Shown: positions 40,549 through 48,602 of the stretch, one piece after another
How positions within the stretch are numbered: position 1 is the first letter of the stretch
How the letters are laid out: every line of letters starts with the position of its first letter
Origin: Clostridiaceae bacterium
GTDB lineage: Bacteria; Bacillota; Clostridia; DSM-8532
Direction: 5' to 3'
Length of the DNA stretch: 57,613 bases
NCBI GenBank assembly: GCA_012523705.1
Contig: JAAYTU010000089.1
Span: 1-57,613, forward strand
Notes under the pieces: generated by a model
The model's input: the letters and a program-made list of their open reading frames with translations, nothing else
Databases searched by the model: none
Told to the model about the DNA's origin: nothing
Made by a program: the position numbers and the translations under genes

Positions 40549-41643
40549 GTGAAAATAATTACTGTAAATACAGAGGGAAAAACCTATGATATATCAATTG
40601 AGTCTGGCCTGATTAAAAGATTACCTGGGATTCTGAAAAAACAATACAGGGATAACAAGATTGCGCTCATAACTGATGATAATGTTTTCAAGCTTTACGG
40701 CAGGGATTTTTGCCAGCTTCTTCAGCTTGAAGAGTTGTCTGTTGTTCCTGTCGTCTTTAAAGCAGGTGAACAAAGCAAAAACATACATCAATTGAGCCAG
40801 ATATATGATACTCTTGCCGATAATTCCTTTACAAGAAGTGATGTGGTGATTGCTTTTGGAGGAGGAGTGACAGGTGATATGGCTGGCCTTGCTGCTGCCA
40901 CCTTTTTAAGGGGAATGGGCTTTATTCAGATTCCAACCACCTTATTAGCTATGGTGGATTCAAGCATAGGGGGCAAGGTAGCAGTGGATTTACCCCAGGG
41001 TAAAAATCTGGTGGGTACTTTTTATCAGCCTGATATGGTATACACAGATCCTGAGTTGTTAAAAACCCTTTCTGGTGAACAGTTCGCCAATGGTATGGCA
41101 GAGCTGATTAAGCATGGGATTATCAGAGATATTAACCTTTTTAATGACATTATTGACAGTAATACAGAGTTTAATTATGAGGCCTTATCCGACAAGCTTG
41201 ACCGATATATATATGAAAGCTGTGAGATAAAGCGCAAAATCGTCGAACAGGATGAATTCGACAATGGTATTCGTCAATTGCTCAACTTTGGTCACACAAT
41301 TGGCCATGCAATAGAGAAGATTCAAGATTATAAGGGAATGTCACACGGTGAGGCTATTTCAATAGGGATGGTTATTATTACCCGTCTTACAGAGAAAATG
41401 GGGCTTACGCAAAGGGGTGAAGCTCAAAGGCTTGAAGCAGCGCTTAAAAAGCTTGAACTTCCGACAGAATTACCAGATTTGAATGTAAGCGAGCTTATTA
41501 ACGCCATCTCATTGGATAAAAAGAATCGCTCAGGAATAATTACAATAGCCTATATTGAGCAGATTGGTGTAGGAAAGCTGAAACAGCTGGTTCTTGATCA
41601 AATGGAGGAAGAGCTTTATGGACTTATTAAGTATAATATCTAA
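40549..41643 (+). CDS. aroB: 3-dehydroquinate synthase
   Basis: 364 aa, GTG start after GGAGGT. Motifs are GGGVTGDMAG, DSSIGGK and metal ligands in HGEAISIGM. Confidence 0.92.
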   Translation: MKIITVNTEGKTYDISIESGLIKRLPGILKKQYRDNKIALITDDNVFKLYGRDFCQLLQLEELSVVPVVFKAGEQSKNIHQLSQIYDTLADNSFTRSDVVIAFGGGVTGDMAGLAAATFLRGMGFIQIPTTLLAMVDSSIGGKVAVDLPQGKNLVGTFYQPDMVYTDPELLKTLSGEQFANGMAELIKHGIIRDINLFNDIIDSNTEFNYEALSDKLDRYIYESCEIKRKIVEQDEFDNGIRQLLNFGHTIGHAIEKIQDYKGMSHGEAISIGMVIITRLTEKMGLTQRGEAQRLEAALKKLELPTELPDLNVSELINAISLDKKNRSGIITIAYIEQIGVGKLKQLVLDQMEEELYGLIKYNI

Positions 41644-42916
41644 GCCCTTAAATGGAGAAATATTGGCTCAACCATCCAAGAGTATGGCCCACAGAGCTAT
41701 TGTTTGTGCATCCCTGGCAAATGGAATCAGTAGTATTGATAATATTGTTCTTTCAGATGATATTCAAGCAACCTTAGGAGCCGTCCAGGCCATAGGTGCT
41801 GAAATATCCATAACCGATAGCGTAAAGTATCCGGGCAGAAAATTCATTACTTTAAAATCCACGGGGAAAATAAACATTAAAAACAACAGAATCGATTGCA
41901 TTGAGTCTGGCACAACGGCACGCTTTATAATTCCCATTTCACGCCTTATAGATGAGTCCGTAACTATAGAAGGAAGAGGGCGCTTAATTGAAAGGCCATT
42001 CGGGGTTTACAAGGATCTTTTCTCTGATAAAGGAGTGGAATACTCTGATTCAAATGGTAAAATGCCCATATATCTATCGGGTAAGCTTGAAGCGGGAGAG
42101 TATACTCTTCCCGGTGATGTAAGCTCACAATTTGTATCAGGCTTGCTGTTTGCATTGCCGTTATTAAGCTTACCTTCAAAAATAAAAATTACCGGGAAGC
42201 TTGAATCTTTACCATACATAAAAATGACTCTTCAGATGTTGAAGGCTTGCGGAATCACCATTGGGCACGATAGTGATTATAAAACCTATAACATTAAACC
42301 TCAACAACAGTATAAGCCGTTAAAATATTATGCCACAGAGGGAGATTGGTCCCAGGCGGCATTTTTCAGTGTCATGGGAGTAATAGCAGGAAGGATTACA
42401 ATTAGAGGCTTGGATTTAAACTCTTTGCAGGGAGATAAAGTGATTTTAGATATTTTAGAATCAATGGGTGCTAAGATTCGGGTCTGTGATGAAGAAATAT
42501 CCCTTTATAAATCAGAATTAAAGGGTACTACTGTTGACATATCCCAATGTCCTGATTTAGTCTCCGCAATAGCTGTAGCAGGCTCTGTGGCTAAGGGAGA
42601 AACCTCTGTTATTAATGGAGCCAGGCTTAGACTTAAAGAATCGGACAGGATAGCAACAACCTGCAGGGAGCTCAAGAATTTAGGGGCAGAAATCATAGAA
42701 CTAGAGGATGGCCTGGAAATCACAGGTAAACCCATGCTTAACGGTGGTAAGACCTATGGATCGGGGGATCACCGGATTGTTATGGCTATTGCCACTGCAT
42801 CGGCAGTATGCAGTCATAAGGTTATAATTGAGGGCTTTAATGTGGTTAATAAGTCATATCCTGAATTCTGGGAAGATTTCAGGTCTTTAGGCGGGGAGGT
42901 TATGCTTTATCAGTAG
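41618..42916 (+). CDS. aroA: 3-phosphoshikimate 1-carboxyvinyltransferase (EPSP synthase)
   Basis: ATG 41618 lies 8 nt after GGAGGA and gives MDLLSIISKPLNGEI..PSKSMAHR. It overlaps the aroB end by 26 nt. The EPSP-synthase fold runs throughout (SGTTARF, LKESDR, DHRIVMA). Confidence 0.92.
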   Translation: MDLLSIISKPLNGEILAQPSKSMAHRAIVCASLANGISSIDNIVLSDDIQATLGAVQAIGAEISITDSVKYPGRKFITLKSTGKINIKNNRIDCIESGTTARFIIPISRLIDESVTIEGRGRLIERPFGVYKDLFSDKGVEYSDSNGKMPIYLSGKLEAGEYTLPGDVSSQFVSGLLFALPLLSLPSKIKITGKLESLPYIKMTLQMLKACGITIGHDSDYKTYNIKPQQQYKPLKYYATEGDWSQAAFFSVMGVIAGRITIRGLDLNSLQGDKVILDILESMGAKIRVCDEEISLYKSELKGTTVDISQCPDLVSAIAVAGSVAKGETSVINGARLRLKESDRIATTCRELKNLGAEIIELEDGLEITGKPMLNGGKTYGSGDHRIVMAIATASAVCSHKVIIEGFNVVNKSYPEFWEDFRSLGGEVMLYQ

Positions 42917-44030
42917 TATAATTGGTAAAAACATTAAGATATCAATATTTGGAGAGTCCCACGGCCCGGCTATTGGAGTGGTTATTGATGGTCTGCCATC
43001 AGGTTTTTCAATTGATCAGGAAAGGCTTTCTAAGGATATGGCCAGAAGAAGGCCAAGTCAGCAGAACTATTCAACAAAACGCCGGGAACCTGACGAAATA
43101 GAGATGCTAAGTGGTTACCATAATGACAGAACCACCGGCACTCCTCTTTGTGCAATTATCCGTAATAGGGACACAAGAAGCAAGGACTACAGCAATTTAG
43201 AAAGCCTTATGCGCCCCGGACATGCAGATTATTCCGGCCATATAAGATATAAGGGATTTAATGATATACGGGGAGGGGGACATTTTTCGGGAAGGCTTAC
43301 TGCACCTATAGTGTTTGCTGGCTCTTTAGCGGCTCAGATACTTTCAATGTCTAATATTTTTATCGGCTCTCATATCGATTCTGTTTTTGATAAACATGAT
43401 GTGAGATTTGACGACACTAATATCACCGAAGAACATCTTAATAATCTTAAGGACATGGATGTGCCTGTAAATGAATTATCCTGCCGGGAAGAGTTCTTGG
43501 CTATAATTGAAGAGGCAAGAAAAAAGTGTGATTCTGTTGGTGGTGTAGTTGAAACTGCTATAATCGGAGTTCCAGCTGGTGTCGGATCACCAATTTTTGA
43601 TAATGTTGAATCTAATTTAGCCTCCTTTCTCTTTTCAATCCCTGCCGTAAAAGGGGTAGAATTTGGTGAGGGCTTTTCCATAACCTCTTTATATGGAAGC
43701 CAGTCTAACGACAGTTTATATATGGAGAATGGGAAGGTCTTGACCAGAACCAATAATAATGGTGGAATAAACGGCGGTATTACAAATGGTATGCCTTTGA
43801 TAGTAAGAACTGCTGTTAAACCCACATCCTCCATAGCAAAAAAACAGGACACTATTAATATTAATACTTTGGAAAATGCCAAGCTGGAGGTAAAGGGAAG
43901 ACACGATTCATGCATAGTTCCGAGGGTCGTTCCTGTTATAGATTCGGCCTGTGCAATTACTATATTGGACATGCTAATCGGTTATTATGGGCTGGACAGA
44001 TTCAATGGAGGCAAAGGTCTTTATGGATAA
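42909..44030 (+). CDS. aroC: chorismate synthase (start codon non-canonical or uncertain)
   Basis: The ORF-track start GTG 42978 gives MVIDGLPSG. The same frame is open from 42891 and encodes ISSIIGKNIKISIFGESHGPAIG upstream, which is the conserved chorismate synthase N-terminus. No ATG/GTG/TTG occurs in 42891-42977. ATC 42909 sits 9 nt after GGAGG (42895-42899). The identity of the protein is secure; the 5' end is provisional. Confidence 0.8.
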   Translation: MSSIIGKNIKISIFGESHGPAIGVVIDGLPSGFSIDQERLSKDMARRRPSQQNYSTKRREPDEIEMLSGYHNDRTTGTPLCAIIRNRDTRSKDYSNLESLMRPGHADYSGHIRYKGFNDIRGGGHFSGRLTAPIVFAGSLAAQILSMSNIFIGSHIDSVFDKHDVRFDDTNITEEHLNNLKDMDVPVNELSCREEFLAIIEEARKKCDSVGGVVETAIIGVPAGVGSPIFDNVESNLASFLFSIPAVKGVEFGEGFSITSLYGSQSNDSLYMENGKVLTRTNNNGGINGGITNGMPLIVRTAVKPTSSIAKKQDTININTLENAKLEVKGRHDSCIVPRVVPVIDSACAITILDMLIGYYGLDRFNGGKGLYG

Positions 44031-45120
44031 AAAACATCTAGAAGAATTAAGAATTCAAATTGATAAAATAGATAAGGAGCTTTCATTTCTTCTTCAAAAG
44101 CGCTTTAATTTAGTTGAGCAAATCGCAGAGTATAAAGCTCAGTTTAATATGGATGTATTGGATAAATCCCGCGAAAATAAGGTCATTGAAAAGGTCTTGT
44201 CGAAGGTTGAGAACCCAAATTATTCTAAAGCCATAAAACTGGTATATGAAACCATTATGGATGCCTCTAAGAATTATCAGCATGGAAGAATTAAAAGCAT
44301 AGAAAATATGCCCCAAAAACGTTATGCAGTAATAGGTAGAAGGCTATCACACAGCTTATCACCCAAGATTCACAATATTTTCTTCAGGAAAACCGGTATA
44401 GCTGCGAATTATGATCAGATTACACTTGAACCTGAGGAACTGCCTGAGCTTCTTAATAAGCTAAATGATAGGGGATATAAGGGAATAAATGTTACCATCC
44501 CATATAAAACAGAGATTATGAAGTCATTAGACTATGTATCACCAATAGCCGAAAGAATTGGTGCCGTGAATACTGTGGAAATAGGAGAACAATTTAAAGG
44601 CTATAATACTGACTATTATGGTTTTGGAAGAGCACTGGACTATTATGGTTTCAAGTCAAGGGATCAACGCTGTGCTGTTCTTGGAAGTGGAGGCTCTGCA
44701 AGAGCTATCTGTGCTTATCTTGAAGACAATGGAGCTTCTGAAATAGCCATAATCTCAAGAAAACCAGCGGACGCATCTTTAAAATTTCCGGGATATAAGA
44801 CCATATCCATTAATGATTATACTTCAGAAAAGTTTGATTTAATTGTAAATTGCACACCCGTCGGGATGTATCCTGATCAGGAGGTATCACCCATAAGCAA
44901 GGAGCAGCTAAAGGGTGCAGCCTATGTCATGGACTTGATATATAATCCTTATGAAACTCTATTACTTAAATATGCCAAGGAGCTAGTGATCCCATATGCT
45001 AACGGCCTGTATATGCTGGTGTCACAGGCTATAAGTGCCCAGGAGATCTGGCAGGGATTATCCTACGAGCAGGATATCGTAAATTATGTTTTTGATGCTC
45101 TAGAAAAGGAATTGTCATGA
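44023..45120 (+). CDS. aroE: bifunctional chorismate mutase (AroQ-type) / shikimate 5-dehydrogenase fusion
   Basis: ATG 44023 overlaps the aroC stop (ATGGATAA). Residues 1-~90 (LEELRIQIDKIDKELSFLLQKRFNLVEQIAEYKAQ...) are an AroQ chorismate mutase domain. The remainder is shikimate dehydrogenase (SHSLSPKIHN, NVTIPYK, GSGGSARA NAD(P)-binding loop). Confidence 0.85.
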   Translation: MDKKHLEELRIQIDKIDKELSFLLQKRFNLVEQIAEYKAQFNMDVLDKSRENKVIEKVLSKVENPNYSKAIKLVYETIMDASKNYQHGRIKSIENMPQKRYAVIGRRLSHSLSPKIHNIFFRKTGIAANYDQITLEPEELPELLNKLNDRGYKGINVTIPYKTEIMKSLDYVSPIAERIGAVNTVEIGEQFKGYNTDYYGFGRALDYYGFKSRDQRCAVLGSGGSARAICAYLEDNGASEIAIISRKPADASLKFPGYKTISINDYTSEKFDLIVNCTPVGMYPDQEVSPISKEQLKGAAYVMDLIYNPYETLLLKYAKELVIPYANGLYMLVSQAISAQEIWQGLSYEQDIVNYVFDALEKELS

Positions 45121-45614
45121 AGACCAATATTGTATTAATAGGTCTTTCAGGCGTTGGAAAGACCACAATTGCAATGGAATTGTCCAGAGTATTAAACATG
45201 CCCTATATTGACAGCGATACAGTTATTGAAGAAGATTACGGAAGTATTCCCGAGCTGTTTAAAATTGGTGAAGGTCATTTTCGTCAGATAGAACGCAAGG
45301 TAATAAAGCTACTTTCCTCATTAGATAGAATTATTATAGCAACTGGTGGTGGAGTAGTTCTTGTTCCTGAGAACATTGAAGCTTTAAGGGAGAAGGGTAT
45401 TCTATTTTATATTAAGAGATCTATAGAAGATATTATTAATTCTATCGATGCCAGTAAAAGGCCTCTTCTTAAAGGAAATCCGATTGAAAACCTTAACAAT
45501 CTTTATACTCAAAGAAGTCATCTCTATGAAGATGCCAGTGACTATACTATTGATGCAAGTAACATGCAAGATGCCATAAGTTCAATCAGGTCAATTTGGG
45601 ATAAAATATCATAG
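45117..45614 (+). CDS. aroK: shikimate kinase
   Basis: 165 aa with Walker A GLSGVGKTT, DSD and GGGVV motifs. It has an ATGA overlap with the upstream gene. Confidence 0.9.
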   Translation: MKTNIVLIGLSGVGKTTIAMELSRVLNMPYIDSDTVIEEDYGSIPELFKIGEGHFRQIERKVIKLLSSLDRIIIATGGGVVLVPENIEALREKGILFYIKRSIEDIINSIDASKRPLLKGNPIENLNNLYTQRSHLYEDASDYTIDASNMQDAISSIRSIWDKIS

Positions 45615-45671
45615 TCGAACAAAAACTACAATATATTTGACACAGGGTATATTTTTTATGGTGAAAACGAA

Positions 45672-46967
45672 TTGAAATATAAAGATGTTTTATACCTTCT
45701 GTTAATTATGCTGTTCATATATATAGTTGCAAGTCGTATTCCCGGCTTACTGCCTGATTCTAAGCCCTTATACACAGAGTATGAGCCATCGGATAATAGT
45801 GAAGTTGATAATATACATAGTGAAGCTGAAAACGATTACAATGATTTGCTTCAGGAAGATGAATATCAGACATTTTATGATCATCCTCTAACAGACGAAA
45901 CAATTCCGGTAATGAGTGAGCCGGTCATAAATGCAAGATCGGCTTTAGTCATGGATTTTGAAAGCGGAACTATATTATATGAAAAAAATGCATATAGAAA
46001 AAGACCTATGGCTAGCACTACGAAAATTATGACTGCTATAATTGCTTTGGAAAACTGTGATTTAGACGAGGAAGTTATAATCAGTAAAAAAGCCGCTGGA
46101 ATGGGTGGATCTGTAATGGGGCTTAAGGCTGAAACAAGTATAAAAATGATTGATCTTCTGCACGGAATGCTGATATGCTCAGGGAACGATGCAGCCGTTG
46201 CTGTAGCAGAGCATATAGGAGGCAGTATTGAAGGATTCAGTGAACTGATGAATCAAAAGGCGTTAGAATTGGGAGCATATTCCACAAGCTTTTCAAATCC
46301 CCATGGCCTTGATGCTGAAAATCATTACACCACGGCATATGATTTGGCCAAGATAACCAGATACGCTCTTAATAATCCCGTCTTTAATGAGATTGTAAAA
46401 AAGACTGAGTTTTACTATGAGGGCAGAACCTTAAAAAACACTAATGAAATGCTTAGCTTATACGAGGGGGCAGATGGAGTTAAAACAGGCTATACAGGCC
46501 TGGCGGGAAGGTGTCTGGTAACAAGTGCAACACATAATGATATGCGCTTTATTTCGGTGGTATTGTTCTGCGATACCAAAAACCTCCGGACTTCAAGCAG
46601 TCAAAAGATCCTGGACTATTCCTTTGATGAATATGGTAAGGTTCTTCTAATGGAAAAGGGTAGGATATTAGGCTCAGTAAAGGTGGAACGATCGCGCAAT
46701 TTGCAAGAGATTATGGTAGCATCTGCAGAAGATTTGAAAGCAGTACTAAAATATAGTGAAAGAGATAATCTATATACAAGAATTTCACTTCCTGAGAGCA
46801 TTACAGCTCCTGTAAGACAAGGGACAATATTGGGAACAGTGTCTATTTATCAAGGAGATCAGATAATAGCAGAAACTTCATTAATAGGACTTAACGGCTC
46901 TCAAAGAATGACCCTTGGAGACTATCTGAAGATGGTAATGGCACAATGGTTAAAAGTAATTCGATAA
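45672..46967 (+). CDS. D-alanyl-D-alanine carboxypeptidase (S11 serine peptidase, DacB/PBP5-like)
   Basis: It has an N-terminal TM anchor and the motifs SxxK (ASTTK), SxN (SGND) and KTG (KTGYT), plus the C-terminal PBP5_C-like domain. TTG start follows GGTGA. Confidence 0.85.
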   Translation: MKYKDVLYLLLIMLFIYIVASRIPGLLPDSKPLYTEYEPSDNSEVDNIHSEAENDYNDLLQEDEYQTFYDHPLTDETIPVMSEPVINARSALVMDFESGTILYEKNAYRKRPMASTTKIMTAIIALENCDLDEEVIISKKAAGMGGSVMGLKAETSIKMIDLLHGMLICSGNDAAVAVAEHIGGSIEGFSELMNQKALELGAYSTSFSNPHGLDAENHYTTAYDLAKITRYALNNPVFNEIVKKTEFYYEGRTLKNTNEMLSLYEGADGVKTGYTGLAGRCLVTSATHNDMRFISVVLFCDTKNLRTSSSQKILDYSFDEYGKVLLMEKGRILGSVKVERSRNLQEIMVASAEDLKAVLKYSERDNLYTRISLPESITAPVRQGTILGTVSIYQGDQIIAETSLIGLNGSQRMTLGDYLKMVMAQWLKVIR

Positions 46968-46971
46968 TTAT

Positions 46972-47003
46972 ATTTGCAATTTTGAATTTTAAAACTTGCA
47001 AAT
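46972..47003. repeat. inverted repeat ATTTGCAA-N16-TTGCAAAT between dacB-like gene and aminotransferase gene
   Basis: The 8-bp arms are perfect (46972-46979 and 46996-47003), with four further A-T pairs after a 1-nt bulge. No U-tract follows. The right arm contains the -35 hexamer of the downstream promoter. Confidence 0.5.
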
Positions 47004-47024
47004 CCATTAGAAATATCATACAAT
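46996..47024 (+). promoter_or_regulatory. sigma-A-like promoter for the aminotransferase gene
   Basis: TTGCAA (46996-47001), 17 nt, TACAAT (47019-47024), 52 nt upstream of the ATG. Confidence 0.5.
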
Positions 47025-47075
47025 ATTAAAATACTAAATAGGTTTATTGGATATAATAAATTTAGGAGGAGACCA

Positions 47076-48344
47076 ATGCAGGCTTTTGAGGGATTTACCA
47101 ATGCAGAATTAGTGTCAAGAAAACAAGAATTAGTCAATCGGTATGAGGATTATAAAAAGCGGAATTTAAAGCTTGATATGTCAAGGGGTAAGCCTTGTAC
47201 TGAGCAATTAGAATTAACAAACGATATGTATGATAATGTAAGCCCTTTTCTCTCAGAAGATGGCACTGATTGTCGCAATTATGGTATTCTTGACGGGCTA
47301 AAGGAAACCAAGGTTTTATTTAGTGAGCTATTCGGTGTAAATACAGATGAGATATTCATAGGTGGTAATTCCAGCCTTAATCTTATGTATGATTTGATTG
47401 CAAAGGCATATAATCATGGCTTAAATGGTTTCGAAAAGCCCTGGAGCAAGGTTGAAGGTATAAAATTCTTATGTCCTTGTCCCGGCTACGACCGTCATTT
47501 TTCAATTACAGAGCTTTTTGGTATATCTATGATAATAGTGCCAATGAATAATGATGGTCCCGATATGGAGATGATAGAGGAGCTTGTAAAAAACGACGAG
47601 ACCATCAAAGGTATGTGGGCAATACCTATGTATAGTAATCCTACAGGAATATCCTTTTCAGATGATGTCGTCAGAAGATTGGCCCGTATGGAAACTAAGG
47701 CCAAAGACTTCACAATTATCTGGGATAACGCTTATGCCCTTCATCATCTTTACGATGAACAGGACTCTATTCTTAGTATTATTGATGAGTGCAAAAAAGC
47801 TGGCAATCCTGACAGAGTTTATATGTTCGGTTCAACATCAAAGGTTACATTCCCTGGATCAGGTATTGCTTTTATGGCCTCAAGCAAGAATAATATTGAT
47901 TATATGAAAAAGCTTATATCAATACAGACCATTGGATTTGACAAGATAAATATGCTTATTCATACACGATTTTTAAAGAATGCAGACAATGTAAAAGAGC
48001 ATATGAAAAAACATGCAGCCATTATCAGACCTAAATTTGAGGCTGTAAATGATATTCTCGAAAAGAATCTATCCGGTAAGGGAATTGCTTCATGGAATAA
48101 GCCTAAAGGTGGATATTTCATAAGCCTGGATGTATTGGACGGATGTGCAAAGAGAACTGTGGAGCTTTCAAAGGAAGCAGGGGTAACCTTAACATCTGCA
48201 GGTGCGACATTTCCTAAGGGCATAGATCCTAATGACAGGAATATCCGTATCGCTCCCACATATCCACCTTTATCAGAGCTGAAGACTGCAATAGAAATTC
48301 TTTCTATTTGTGTAGAACTCGCTGCATTAGAGAAAATTCTCTAA
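47076..48344 (+). CDS. PLP-dependent aminotransferase (class I/II fold), substrate unknown
   Basis: 422 aa, strong SD AGGAGGAG. It has fold-type-I features including the PLP-lysine context GSTSKVTFPGSG and NPTG. Specificity cannot be told from sequence alone. Confidence 0.75.
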   Translation: MQAFEGFTNAELVSRKQELVNRYEDYKKRNLKLDMSRGKPCTEQLELTNDMYDNVSPFLSEDGTDCRNYGILDGLKETKVLFSELFGVNTDEIFIGGNSSLNLMYDLIAKAYNHGLNGFEKPWSKVEGIKFLCPCPGYDRHFSITELFGISMIIVPMNNDGPDMEMIEELVKNDETIKGMWAIPMYSNPTGISFSDDVVRRLARMETKAKDFTIIWDNAYALHHLYDEQDSILSIIDECKKAGNPDRVYMFGSTSKVTFPGSGIAFMASSKNNIDYMKKLISIQTIGFDKINMLIHTRFLKNADNVKEHMKKHAAIIRPKFEAVNDILEKNLSGKGIASWNKPKGGYFISLDVLDGCAKRTVELSKEAGVTLTSAGATFPKGIDPNDRNIRIAPTYPPLSELKTAIEILSICVELAALEKIL

Positions 48345-48407
48345 ACTATAATTACGTTTCAGAAAGAAAATATCATTTGCTTATTGAACAAGCAATAAAG
48401 GGAATAG

Positions 48408-48437
48408 GGGATAGCTATTGACATAGCTATCCCGTTT
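48408..48437 (+). terminator. intrinsic terminator after the aminotransferase gene
   Basis: GGGATAGCTAT (48408-48418), loop TGAC, ATAGCTATCCC (48423-48433). This is a perfect 11-bp stem followed by GTTTAATT (short U-tract). Confidence 0.6.
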
Positions 48438-48602
48438 AATTGTCTAAGTACACAATTATTCTTAGAGAAATAATTGAATATTACTATGGATTTTTTTACT
48501 GTTTAGATATATAATTATCTTTAACACATGGTTATCTAAGACATTATGATATATCATCATTATGTAATGCCGACCTAACATGCATACCTGGAGGAATTAA
48601 AA

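Noticed and set aside
43370-43972. 200-aa ORF on the minus strand inside aroC. Similar long antisense ORFs occur at 5941..6396, 16559..16954, 37479..37895, 38890..39336, 49457..49900 and 668..1024.
   Set aside because: Each lies entirely antisense to a gene with strong family signatures. They have low-complexity Ser/Leu/Ile-rich translations, no SD and no recognisable motifs. They are the expected shadow ORFs.
48438-48602. Possible purine riboswitch or PurR box upstream of purB.
   Set aside because: There is no three-way-junction consensus (no conserved loop-loop or junction motifs such as those of guanine/adenine aptamers). Only a short AATTGT-N8-ACAATT repeat is present, which is compatible with chance in AT-rich DNA.
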